Assembly (NCBI GenBank): GCA_000708835.1
Contig: DF237228.1
Location: forward strand, 1-64,000
Length of the DNA stretch: 64,000 nt
Direction of reading: 5' to 3'
Source of the DNA: Klebsormidium nitens
Taxonomy: Eukaryota; Plantae; Klebsormidiophyceae
Below, piece by piece: positions 1 through 10,799 of the stretch. Under the pieces are notes generated by a model. It did no database searches. It saw only the letters and a list, made by a program, of their open reading frames with translations, and was not told where the DNA came from. Every line of letters begins with the position of its first letter. The first letter of the stretch is position 1. The position numbers and the translations under genes were made by a program.

Positions 1-419
1 AGGTCTACACTCTAGCCTAGTAGGCTCAGTGGACCGTCACCTAGTAAGTCCGAAAATTTCACTCTATACATCGACGGCCATTATCGAACCTACACAATTT
101 TGACGGTTATCGCCAAGTCATTCGGGTGTAATGCTGTAACCCGCGCGCGTTTACCCGTGTAACCGTAACTTCTACTTACCGTCGACGTCGTGATCCTAAA
201 ACCCTAGAATCACCCAGAGATTCGGTCCCTAAATGCCCGTATCTCAACAAGGCCTAGCTACGGGATTCGACTTGACTTGAACCATTGTCATAAGATTACT
301 ATTCATACTAAGAGATGCTTGGTGGAAGTTAGGGCTCTCCTTTTGTGAAGGCGCTTGTATAGGAGGGTGGTTGAATCCCTCGTAGGCTCCAAACATGAGC
401 GTGTGATGAGATTTCAACA
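1..419. repeat. Degraded LTR fragments (copia-associated), two pieces in opposite orientations
   Basis: 1-249 shares motifs with the LTR-like block at about 1770-2010 (ACGACGGCC, CGCGCGC, AACCCTA..ATCAC) and ends in CTCAACA at 249. 250-419 is a diverged reverse-complement copy of about 2014-2190 and ends in TTCAACA. Confidence 0.55.
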
Positions 420-500
420 TCAAGTGGCAGGGAAAGTCTAGAACGGAAATTTCTACCTTCTGTTTTAAAAAGGAGAGAACAGGGACACGCAATTGTTAAA

Positions 501-1576
501 ATGGCCGACGAATACACGACCCACATCAATCAGTTGGATGTGGAGAACTATAGCACGTCAGATACAGGAGGTTAAGATTCTTCAGACCTTCAAAGATCTA
601 TGCGATGGGGTTGACAATCTTGTAGCGCATCCAACTCAATGAAGAAATAGAGTTGATAATTATCGAGCTAAACGTTGAGGACCACCATTTGCGGTCGATT
701 GAGGCGTGCAAAATTGAAAAGGAGGCGTGGACTCTCCTTGTCAAAACCAATGCAAGAAAGACGCAGCCCAGGCAAGGATTTTCGTCTCTCAAGATGAACG
801 CGAATGAGCCCGTGACCAATGTACGTGGTTTGGGCAACTTAAGGATTTGTATGAGAACTTGATTGCCACCGGTTCCAATTTGAAGCCGGACAAGCTGGCG
901 TGGAGCGTGCTTGCGGGATGCCCAAGACGTTCGGTTCTTTGAGAACAATTCTAGCGAGGCTTTGAAAAGCGCCCGGAAGTTCGGTGGATGCCATTCTGCC
1001 GAAACTCTTGGTGCATAGGCAGGGGTTTCACGAGTCGCCCAAGGAAAATGGCGGCGGTGGGTCGGACTCCGCTATGTCCTATATGGCCAGGCGGAAAGGG
1101 AGCAAGGAGAAAAGCCGCGGCAACGATGAGAGCCGGGGCTAAGGGCCACAATGCTATAACTGCATGGAGTTTAGTCGCATTGCCTGGAACTGCAGCAAGC
1201 CGGCCAAGCGCCATTACAAGCCGAAGCAAGAGAAGGGGGGAAAAGCCCCCAAAGGTGTGGCCTTTGGCGTCAGTGGAAGGGATGTCCACTGACGAGTGGC
1301 TCGTCGATTTGGGTAGCCCTGCGACACCTAAACAAGGACAAAAGCCTATTTAACACCCTCGAATCGCTTGAGGGGCCCTAGTGGCCGAGAAGTCACTTTT
1401 GGAATAAAGGAACCCTATGGGCGGAGAAAAGCGGCTCGATTGAGCGACATTTTGCAATTCCGACTGGAAAAGGGCAGGTCACTTCATGGAACGTGATGCA
1501 TGTTCGGGGGTTGGCGGCGAATTTGATGTCGGTGAGCAAGGTGTTGAAGCTCATGGTGAGGGAGTCGGTATTGTAG
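501..1576 (+). pseudogene. Ty1/copia gag-protease remnant with large internal deletion
   Basis: ATG at 501 gives MADEYTTHINQLDVENYST (copia gag N-terminus). Then NVEDHHLRSIEACKIEKEAWTLLVKT (gag core), a degenerate zinc knuckle CYNCMEFSRIAWNC (about 1153-1195) and a protease-like WLVDLG (about 1296-1313). Many stops and frameshifts. Confidence 0.8.
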
Positions 1577-1900
1577 TTGGGTTACTCGTCATCGAGTCTT
1601 ATCGTGTTGCCCGGCAACTATGCGCATCACTCATTGATGGCAGCCATGCAACCTAAAAGAAACACAAAAAGCGCCTCGCACGCCGCTTACGTCTCTCCAC
1701 AAGTTTTTCGTACAATGACAGTAATTTCTCACTATTGTCTCACGTGTCTCTCCTGTTCCACTAGGTTGACTAGCCTACTAGACTCACTAGCCTAAGTCCA
1801 CTCTACCAGGCTCACTAGCCTATCTCACAGTCCACTCAATTGTAGCCTCCGATAGACTTATCTACGGCTCACACGACGGCCGCTCTCAACCGCCTAATCT
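1577..1900 (+). repeat. Copia LTR-like sequence, diverged direct repeat of 2688-3030
   Basis: Aligns by eye with 2688-3030 (GTCTTATCGT..GCC.GGCA, ATGGCAGCCAT, AAGCGCCTC, CTCTCCACAA, CACTATTGT, TCTACGGCTCACAC). It follows a purine-rich tract after the pol remnant. Confidence 0.65.
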
Positions 1901-2013
1901 CCAAACCGTCTTAACGTTTCACCGCCCAACCGCCATGCACGCGCGCCGGCGTTCGTTAGTCCAAACCCCACACGAGTTGAACCCTAATCACATAGCAATT
2001 CGGCAGATACAAA

Positions 2014-2579
2014 TGTTGAAATCATTCACTCATGCTTGTCACAAGCTAGGGTCCAACCACCCTCAAACATAAGCGCCTTCACAAAGAAGCGCCTTCCTCT
2101 TTTCAAGCAGCTCTAATAGAATGAATATCCATCACATGACAATAGTCCAAGTCACTCCAATGCCGTAGCTAGATGTACTCTAGCCTAGGTCGGGTAAACT
2201 TCCACCACCCACTAGTCAATTCAACTATATGGACTCCTTTCCATCAACCTGTCACTCTACTACTCACAATACGGCCTATATTCCACTCGGACTTGTGACC
2301 GGAGCACTATACTACTAGTGGTCGGTAGTACCGTACTACTAGTGGTCGGGTTACTATACTACTCGAGTCGACTCACATCTAACGATCCAAGATCCGAGTC
2401 AACACGCAATCGGACGGTCGATACTCAACGACACAAACTTCCAACTCTACCGTCGATATTACACGCGACAAACCACAATCCTGCGGTCGATATCACAAGA
2501 CAAAACTCACGATCCTACGGCTCAAATCTGTCGAGCCTAACTCAACAATTTGGCCGTCAATCAACTCCGTTTCTCAACA
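2014..2579 (+). mobile_element. Solo LTR (about 566 bp) inserted in another LTR
   Basis: Starts TGTTG and ends CAACA. Flanked by ACAAA (2009-2013) and ATAAA (2580-2584), a 5-bp TSD with one mismatch. Its first 170 bp are homologous to the inverted fragment at 250-419. Confidence 0.6.
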
Positions 2580-2687
2580 ATAAATCACCGAATTCTAAGA
2601 TAGGGCAACCGAAGTCGCATCAGTGTTGTCAAGGAGAACGTCGACTGCAAGCTTGAGCTTGACGAGGAGGTAGTTTTCGTTGCTCGG

Positions 2688-3030
2688 TGTTGAGATTGGG
2701 TCAGACTTGTCTTTCGTCATTGGGTCTTATCGTAGTGCCTGGCACTCATGCTTATCATTCATCAATGGCAGCCATACATCCTAAGACGAACACACGAAGC
2801 GCCTCACAAGCGGCTTCCCTCTCTCCACAAACTTCTCGTAGAATGATATGCGACAATATTGTATCTCTTCACTATTGTTTCACAGATCTTTCCTTCAACT
2901 AGACTCACTAGCCTGCTAGGCACACTAGCGCACGTCACCACACTACTAGGCTCACTAGCCTAGTAAACTTAAATCTGCACCTTAGGAAGACCCGTCTACG
3001 GCTCACACTGACGGTCCTCTCTCAATCGTC
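2688..3030 (+). repeat. Copia LTR-like sequence (second copy)
   Basis: Starts TGTTGAG and is a direct-repeat homolog of 1577-1900. Confidence 0.6.
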
Positions 3031-3039
3031 CAATATTCT

Positions 3040-4670
3040 TGCACGAAAGCCGGCGCTCACTGGGTTTGAACATTAAGTTGGTCCGAACCTTATTCATTAG
3101 TAAAAGTTCGGCTGACGATGATCACCGAATGCTTCGGAAAGTGAAGGGGATCTATGTGGTCAACCGGGCAAAGAAGGACATCTACTCTGTGGAAGCCGAA
3201 AACGGCGGAGTTGTGGCACCAACGGTTAGGACCGCCGGGTGAAAATGGCGCAGAGCGCGTAAGGGGAAAGTACACTAGTTAGGCTTCTGTGTACGGCATC
3301 CTACTCGGTGAGCACGGAGCCAGTTGAGCTAGTCCACATGGACATCTGCCGGTTAATGCCAAACAGCTTCGGTACAGGTACCTAAGGTAGCCGGTATTCC
3401 GCCACGTTCTTAAACCACTACCTCAAATTCTCGGTTGTTGTCCCCATGAACGGCAGAGCGAGGTGGCCAAGGAGCGGACGGTAAAACGGTTGAAGTAGCG
3501 ACAAGAAGCTTAAGTTGGTGCGGACGGATTACGGCAAGAAGTACATCCACAAAGCTCTGGAAGAAGTGCGGGAGCACGGGACCGTACACGAGAAAACCGC
3601 CTCTTATAGTGACCGGCACAACGGGGCGATTGAACGGCTCAAGGGGATCTGGGGGGAAAGAGTCGAGCAGTGCTGGAGTAGTCGGGGTTGCCCAAAGGGT
3701 TGTGGGCAGAAGCCGTGGTAACGGCAAAGTATATTCCGGGAACGGGACGCTCGTGAGCCTTCGTGGAAAAACAGGCTTGGGAGGCGTTCTTAGAGGAAGA
3801 GCCGAATGTTGGGCATTTGAGGGTTTTTTGGGGCGCGAGCCTCCTGACACGTACCCAGCAGCGGACCTGCGTAAGCTAGAGCCAGTGAGCGCGAGCGATG
3901 TGTGCTCGTGGGGTACGAGCCAGACTCAAAGGCGAAGATCGGTTGCTCTGGACAAAACTGTGACGGAAAACTCATCATCTCCCGGGACGTCATCTTCGAC
4001 GAGGGAATTAGCAGCTCGATGGGGCGTCAAGCTTGGCTTCGACCTCGCGGACGGTGTCTCGACGGCAGAGGGTCACGGCGCGCACAGACGGAAATCCTTA
4101 AGCGACCAAAAGCAATGTTCATTCTTGCGCAAGGGCGAAGCCGCCCGCGCGCGCGTGTGGGCCGCGACGGCGCCGCGCGCGCTTTCAGAAAAGGGTAAAA
4201 ATGAGGGCAAGTTTGGAACTGTGCGCGAAACAGGGCAAAGCCGGAAAATATTGAGGGAGTTACCAAAAACCGGCTGCCGAAAGGTAGCCAGCGCGTGAAA
4301 GACAACACCGCCTGGGGGCAGTGCTAGGTCGGCCGCGCTAACTTCGTGGCAGCACCGCGGCGCCGCGGAAAAAGCGAAGGCGGTCGGAGACCCCAAGGGG
4401 ACGTGCCCGAGCACTGGGAACTGCAGTCTTATTCGGAAGCTGTAGGGGGAGAAGAGAGTGAACTATGGCGGAAGTCGATGAACGATGGCGGTCTTTGTTG
4501 AAGAACCATAGGGATTTATACATGCAGCAGCCGCAGGAATACGAGGAAAGTGGGCCCGACATGGTCCGCCGCCTCAAGCGCACTATGGAACCTTGTACGG
4601 GTTGCACCAGGCGCCGCGAGCATGGCACATCCGCCTGAAGAAGGAGCTCGGGAACTCTGAGGTTGTGAAT
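3040..4670 (+). pseudogene. Ty1/copia pol remnant (integrase, post-integrase segment, RT)
   Basis: Integrase motifs ELVHMDIC, VRTDYGKKY and HEKTASYSDRHNGAIERL. Post-integrase VGYEPDSKA..GKLIISRDVIFDEG. RT motifs IYMQQPQEYEESGPDMVRRLKR and LYGLHQAPRAWHIRLKKELG. Integrase before RT is the copia order. Frameshifted and deleted. Confidence 0.85.
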
Positions 4671-5458
4671 CATCATTCTAGCGAATTTAGAACTGCGGCA
4701 AATCATACATGATTGGTTGGGCGGGCAACGTATTTGAGCGCAAGTTCGTCCGAAGTCGGCCCCGGACCTCCTGAGCCTCTCCATGGCCTCTGAGTTGGGC
4801 CGTGTAATGTAATGGTGTATGATGATGTATGATTCAATAAGGCCGCGCAATTTGGCAATTGCGCGGGAATTGCGCCCCCATGCAAGTCATGGTGCACGTC
4901 GGTCGCGATCACGGCGGCGCTTAGGGCACGCGGCGCGGCACGGTTAGGGTCTGCCAAATTAAGGGCGGCAGAATTTTGGTTTCAACCATAAGCCGATAAC
5001 CTTCCTTGCGGCCAACGCCCCTAATCCGTGACTAAAATAAGTACATACAGTAGATAGATTCGATTTTATAATATTAAGGTAAGTGATATCCTCAAATAAA
5101 GAGGATGTCCTCTTTGATGTATCAGTTTATTGACGCCTGGCGTTTTCAGTAAGTGCAGCAAAGATCAAATTGACCGTTCAGTGACCATTCGATCGCGGCC
5201 TTTCGCATATCGACACTGCTTATGAAAATTTGCTCGGCGTGATATGTATCAGTCCAATTGCAATGCTACGGCGCAGATTACCGCCGGGATGTCGTCATAC
5301 TTCGTCGGTGATATTTGACGGACGTAGACTCTCAACCGCACAAAATACTTTTAGTAGGTTTCGAGTAGCGATCATTAATTAGATAACTTCCGACTTCGTC
5401 GATTAATCTCGGAGCTCAAAAGGGGGCTTACACTGCAAACTCAAACCCTTTCTTTATT

Positions 5459-5570
5459 TAAAAACTGAGGAATACAACCTCCACCAATCACAATGCTAAC
5501 GAACCCTCCGATATAGAGGGTTGGAGGGGCATCGACGGCTGAAACTCGCTCTCCCGCGCCCGAGAACGCC
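5459..5570 (-). repeat. Split direct repeat B2 (element 3' terminus)
   Basis: TAAAAACTGAGGAAT.CAACCTCCACCAATCACAATGCTAAC...GAGAACGCC matches 6093-6230 apart from a 22-bp indel and a few substitutions. Confidence 0.9.
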
Positions 5571-5991
5571 GGGTTAAGGCATAGGGGCACGCGAGTTGAA
5601 AGCGTATGCAACCGTCGATCCGCGATGAGCCCGGTTGGTGGTCAGCGCGGTCTGAGGGTTCGTCAGCGAAAATTTCGGTCGATGGGCGACCGCATTGAAT
5701 GCAATCGGCGAGAACTTTGACCGACCGGTAGTCAGTGGTTGAGTAGAGTAGTCTGTCAGTGCCTTAATAGGCAGTGGAGTAGTGGTGCAATGGAGTAGTA
5801 GCTTAGCGTCAGAAGGAGTAGCAGAGGCACGCGCGTCTAGGCGCCACTACGACTGGCATTGGGATGGCGCTAGACGGGGCGGGAGCGCCCATGAAGATGG
5901 GACTTGTTGCTGCCCATGGCGATGTGGGAGAAGAGAGAAGGTGAGAGTTTCACCAAAGGGAGTGGTGGGCGGGTCGAAAATTATTCTAATT

Positions 5992-6230
5992 ATACACTTC
6001 TGGTTAGCATTCTCGAGCCTGAGTGCACAATGGGCTCGGCTCATCTCTGCCGTTATATTTTCCATTTGACGACAGGCAAGCATTCCCTTGCCTAAAAACT
6101 GAGGAATGCAACCTCCACCAATCACAATGCTAACTTCTGACTTTAGACATGCCAACGAACCCTCCGATATAGAGGGTTGGAGGGGCACCGACGGCTGAAA
6201 CTCGCTCTCCTGCCGCCGCCCGAGAACGCC
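5992..6230 (-). repeat. Internal juxtaposed B1-A2 repeats
   Basis: 5992-6094 matches 12645-12748 and 6093-6230 matches 5459-5570. Confidence 0.9.
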
Positions 6231-6328
6231 GCCCCAAACAACAATTGTTCCCGCAAACAACAGTTATTGGAAGATAATGGGCTTTTTCGTGCAGGAGGGA
6301 GTTCCAGGCGCAGTGCCAGCAGCACGTA

Positions 6329-7430
6329 TTGAACGTTCGAGGAATCGATCGTGGGACGGGGCGGGCGGGTGGGTCCGTATGGAGCGAAGCGAAGACGCTC
6401 GCTCTGTATGAGCGAGCGCTAACAGATTTCGGAACCATCGCCGAACGGAAAGTATCGGCGGCAGCAAACAGCTCGCGCAAGCGCACCGCGCAAGAATTCG
6501 CAGCGTTCCTTGGGCGAAATCCGTTTGGCGTCTCCCTGGAAACGGCCACCCCTGCGAACGTTGGGGCGTTCATTGTCGGAGATTGGATGCCCCGGCATAG
6601 CGGCAATTGCCGGACCGTGCTGCCGTCGAGCGGCAAGACTGTAGCGTCCGCCTCGTCTGTAAAGGGGGTGGTCAAAGACCTGTCGAAAACCTACACACTG
6701 CTGGGGTATTCGGGGCCTGAGAACCCTGCCAAATCGGAGGTCGTGAAATCCTTCCGAGGTGGGTATGAACGGTATTTGCATGATGAGGGGGTCAGAGTGC
6801 AGCGCGCAAAGGTGTTTGTTGAGGAGAAGCTTGATTTGCTGCTCGCGTTTCTGGCGAGACGTATTGGCGAGGAGAGCGACCTTTTGGAGTGCTGCACCCT
6901 GCTTATCGACCAGGCGGCGGTCCTATATTTGTGGGAGTCGTTAGCCCGGGGAAAGAAGTGCGGTTCGCTCAGCGCTCGGCAAATTCAGGCGGGCGCAGAA
7001 CCTGCCGCCTTCCCGGGGTGGAGTAAGACGGTTCGAAAGGAATTGAGCGCGCGGATTCCGCTTGCGAAGGCGGGGGCTGGCTCCAGGCCCACGTTTGTTG
7101 AGGCGGCCGCGCAGCTGGTCAAGGGGCTGGAATTGCTCGGTGACCCGACAGCGGAGGAGGGTTATCTGTTTCGAGCCCAGAATAGGCAGCGCACGGGTTT
7201 TCTTGCTTGGCCTATTTCTAGTGCGTCGTTGCGGAAACGGATTTAACGACGACTCCAGCAAGCGGGCCTATTCGAGGGCGAGACTCCGCATAGCTTCCGG
7301 CGGTCGGCGGTGCAGCACGCCGCTGTCAACTTGAATTATAACGTAAAGCAGTTGATGGAGCTCGGCCGCTGGAAGAGTTAATGATGCAGCGTTTAAAGTA
7401 TATGTAGAAGAGGTGTGGCAGCGCCGTTAA
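6329..7430 (+). pseudogene. Tyrosine recombinase of the retrotransposon, antisense to gag/pol
   Basis: Contains LWESLARGKKCGSL (catalytic R box), YLFR, then an in-frame TAA at 7244-7246, then GETPHSFRRSAVQH (HxxR) and LGRWKS. After a +1 frameshift it continues NDAAFKVYVEEVWQRR, which carries the catalytic Tyr. Confidence 0.9.
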
Positions 7431-7643
7431 GTAACATTGATTGTAATGATAAGTTGAATTCAAAAGTGCATGCTGTAACATGAAGCACGCTCAGAAGCGT
7501 ACGCTACTTCCGCTCATGTTGCTCGAGAAGACTGATGCTGTTAACATGGTGCGCAACCGTTCTACTGTGTGCTCGCATCCTGTTTCTGTCGCGCAATCTG
7601 GTGAATGTCTATCCTAGCATGTATGCTCGATTACATGAGCGCG

Positions 7644-10180
7644 TCATGCGCTCCATACTATTTTGAACGCCCTCAACTTATACAGCGCCGGATTCACCGT
7701 TCCCTCGGGAACCCGGTGACTCGGAAAGCAGACGTTCGCGCTCCTTGGGAGCTCTACCGGTCCCGTGACGTGCGCCTTCTGGCCAAAGTTATGGAGCGCC
7801 AACCACCAGTTGGTGGCTGGCAGTTCTGGCACTATCAGAATGCTGTTCGTGCGGCACAGCCTGATGGTCTGGATGACCTCACTGAGGTGCCGGACCGGGG
7901 GAAAAATCCATGCCAGCTCCCCCGGCGCCATGATGTCTCTTCAATCGACGCGCAGCGCGTCGGCCGCCAGGCAGCCTGGCGTGACGTGCAGGCTGACGAA
8001 CTTTGGCACCACGTGGTGCACGTTTGACGCAAAAAGGTCAATTGCCGGCGTTCCGCCGAGCTCGCCGAGTATCCTCTGCACCTCCTCGGTGCGCAAACCC
8101 CAATCTGAGCTGTCATGCAGCTTGCTCAGATCGTCCTCCTCTTGCAGCTCCGCGCGCGGCTTCCACTGGGCGATGACATCGAATCACCCCGCACGCACAG
8201 CTCGAAGAGCTGGTGCAGCGCTGCGTTGACGTCCGGGGTGCGGCTGTTCATCGCGTTTACAGCACTAACCGCGCTCTGGTTATTCCCCGTCAGCAGCACC
8301 GCGCCCCCCCGAAGCGCGTCGCCCGCGCGGTCAAGGGCCTCTCTCAGCACCCGTACGAAAGCGAGCGTCTCCCTGGCAGTGCTGGAGATCAGGCGCTCCT
8401 CTTCCGAGAGCGAACCTACCACAGCGATTTTCTGCGCCCCTGGAACCCGTATGGTTCCGCCAAACCCTGTATCGGACGCGTCCGAACCGGCTTCGACCGC
8501 GACCCGACGTGGGAACCAAGCGCGGCCGTTCCACGCGGGCAAATTGTCGATGAAGAGCTGGGCGGCTGCCCTTGCCGCTTGCAGCGTTGGGAAGACGTCG
8601 TCCCACGACAGCTTCCCTTGGATGGCCGCGAAAAAAGGCCGGCTGTAAAGGGCGGCGGGAAGGACTGCCGGGCTAATGGATATGACTTTCCCGGCGACTT
8701 TCGCGAGCTTCCGGGGGGTTATCTCCTGGCTCTCGATTGGCGCTTGGAGCGCGAGGAAGAGCTACTCCATTTTTGCTGGGGAGACCGCGAAGGTCTGGCT
8801 AACCGTGTCGATAACGAAGCCCAGCCACGGTCCCTCTTGCCTTGGCCAGAAATTGCACTTGGGTATGCTGAAGACCGCCCCAAGCAGGGTTAGGACCTTA
8901 ACCCCGAAAACGGTTTCCCAGACGGCCCTCCAGAAGTCCGCGCTCCCTGTGAGCCCGTCGTCCAAGTAGCTGGAGACAGGCACCGACCGGATTCGGAGCT
9001 CCTTGGCTGCTTCTTGCGTTAGGAGTGTGTACAAGTAGCACGCTTCGGACCAACCAAAGCACATGACGTTATAGTGCATGTAGACTTCTCCCACTTTTAT
9101 GCCGAAGTACTTTCGGTAGGCGGGGTGGATGAGGACGTGATAGTACCCCGCTTTGAAATCCCACGTCGAGAAGTAGGCCCCGTTTGTGAGGAAGGTCAGG
9201 ACCTCGCGCAGAGTCTCGTACTTAAACTCCTGTCTTTTGGAAAAAAGGTTAACGTACCGGGCGTTAATTAACCACCAAGCGCCCTTTCGGGAGGTTTACC
9301 ACGCCCAACGGATTCACCACTTTCGGCTTGCCGTCCTTCGGCCCGTACACCTCCAGGGTTCTGTTTACGACCATCTTCACCACCTCCCGTACTCCTAAGC
9401 TCGCATTTTCGTAGCATGATCGGTGGTTTTTGAATTCCACCTCTTGGGGAACCCTGCCGGTAAGCTTTGCCTCTACTTCCTTCCTGGGGGCTGATTCCCG
9501 CGCGAGCGTTGCGCGGACTTGCTCGATTTTCTTGCGGTCGGCCTCTGCCGTCCCGACGAACTGGGGTTTTATCCCGGTTCGTAGCAACTTCAGCACGCGC
9601 CTGGAGGATTCCCGCTTGGAATCCTTGAGCATTTCCTCCCAGGCTGGGAGATGTCGACCAAAGCTCCCCGCCACAAACGCCTCGGGGTCGTACGTGTGCT
9701 GCCCCACGTTCGAGACCTAATTTTTGAGCTCGGCTTTTAGCTCTTCCGACATTTCGGCTCCGCTCAAGGGGCCCGGCGCCGAATCCAGGGTTTCCCGCAT
9801 CAGCTTTTGAAGAGTCTCTCCGTCCGAAACGTCTGCCGTTCAGACTTCCAGCCGTGCGAAGAAGGCGTGGGTACAGCAGTCAAGCTGCGGCGGATTGCTG
9901 TGGACGAGGGGGTCTGACGTCAGATCTGTTTCGAATTCTTCCGGCAACTCGCCGGGTTGCAGCTTGTCTGGTTCGAATTCCGGAGCTGGCGGGCGCGGCC
10001 GTTCCGCCATGGCGCCTTCTGCACGCGCGCGCGGATCTGCGTCCGTCCTTCGTGGCACGCTAAACCCTTCTGGGGAATGATTGGGCGTCGGAGAATCGCA
10101 CTCTGGCGTGGTGATTGGGATCGGCAGAGGTCACGTCCCTCTGCCAGACCGCTCGCCTTGAGTCAGATCCCTGGTGATTG
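7644..10180 (-). pseudogene. DIRS-type pol: reverse transcriptase, RNase H and C-terminal adenine-methyltransferase-like domain
   Basis: RT motifs WDFKAGYYHV, CFGWSEA and SSYLDDG. RNase H motifs GSDASDTGFGG and SSTARETLA. MT motifs IDLFASN, AWIFPPV and LIVPELPATNWW. In-frame stops near 9840, 9718 and 7940 plus frameshifts. Confidence 0.9.
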
Positions 10181-10799
10181 GATCAGATTACTTCAATAAT
10201 CTGATCTGCGTAGCCTATAAAGTAGTTACTGTTGAATTCATTCTGGATGAAGCAGGTACTGCCGGCGCCGTCTTCTCCCTAAAACGGGACAGTTCAGATT
10301 CGAGTAAACCTTGACTTCTAACCACTCAACTCTGATCAGTCAGCGAACGTGCTAGTGTGCGTTCTGCCGGCTTGGGCTGATGCTCAACGCTCCGGTGCAG
10401 AACGTACTCGACCTGTCATTACAGCTTAGGTTTACGCCTGACACGATTGCTTAACCCTGCCGGCCGCGGGGCAGTTCCGCGGCCTTCATACTATTTCCAT
10501 TCTCAGCCGGACCTGCCTCTCCGAAATTCGCATTCACCTCATAATAGATATTCACGTAGCATTTACTTCCATCCACGTTTCCGAAGCACCTCAGTCGCTT
10601 TGTTTCTGCCACGCCGAATTCAGACCACTGTTCCATACCCATTCAGAATTCCAGATCGAAGTCGCGCTCCGGCCCTGAACAGCCGGGACACTGAATGTGA
10701 AACGGGCTTCTGATGACTCCGCGATCGAACGACTCGCTGGGAGTTTAAAAGATCTAATCTTCTTTCAAAGAACATCCGTACAGCCTTAATCCAGTTTCT

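Noticed and set aside
951-1289. Minus-strand 112-aa ORF and similar antisense ORFs over the copia region
   Set aside because: These are shadow frames of the plus-strand gag/zinc-knuckle remnant, with no independent motifs.
10705-10750. CTGATGA resembling a hammerhead ribozyme core inside the YR element
   Set aside because: No stem II closed by GAAA and no flanking stems can be formed.
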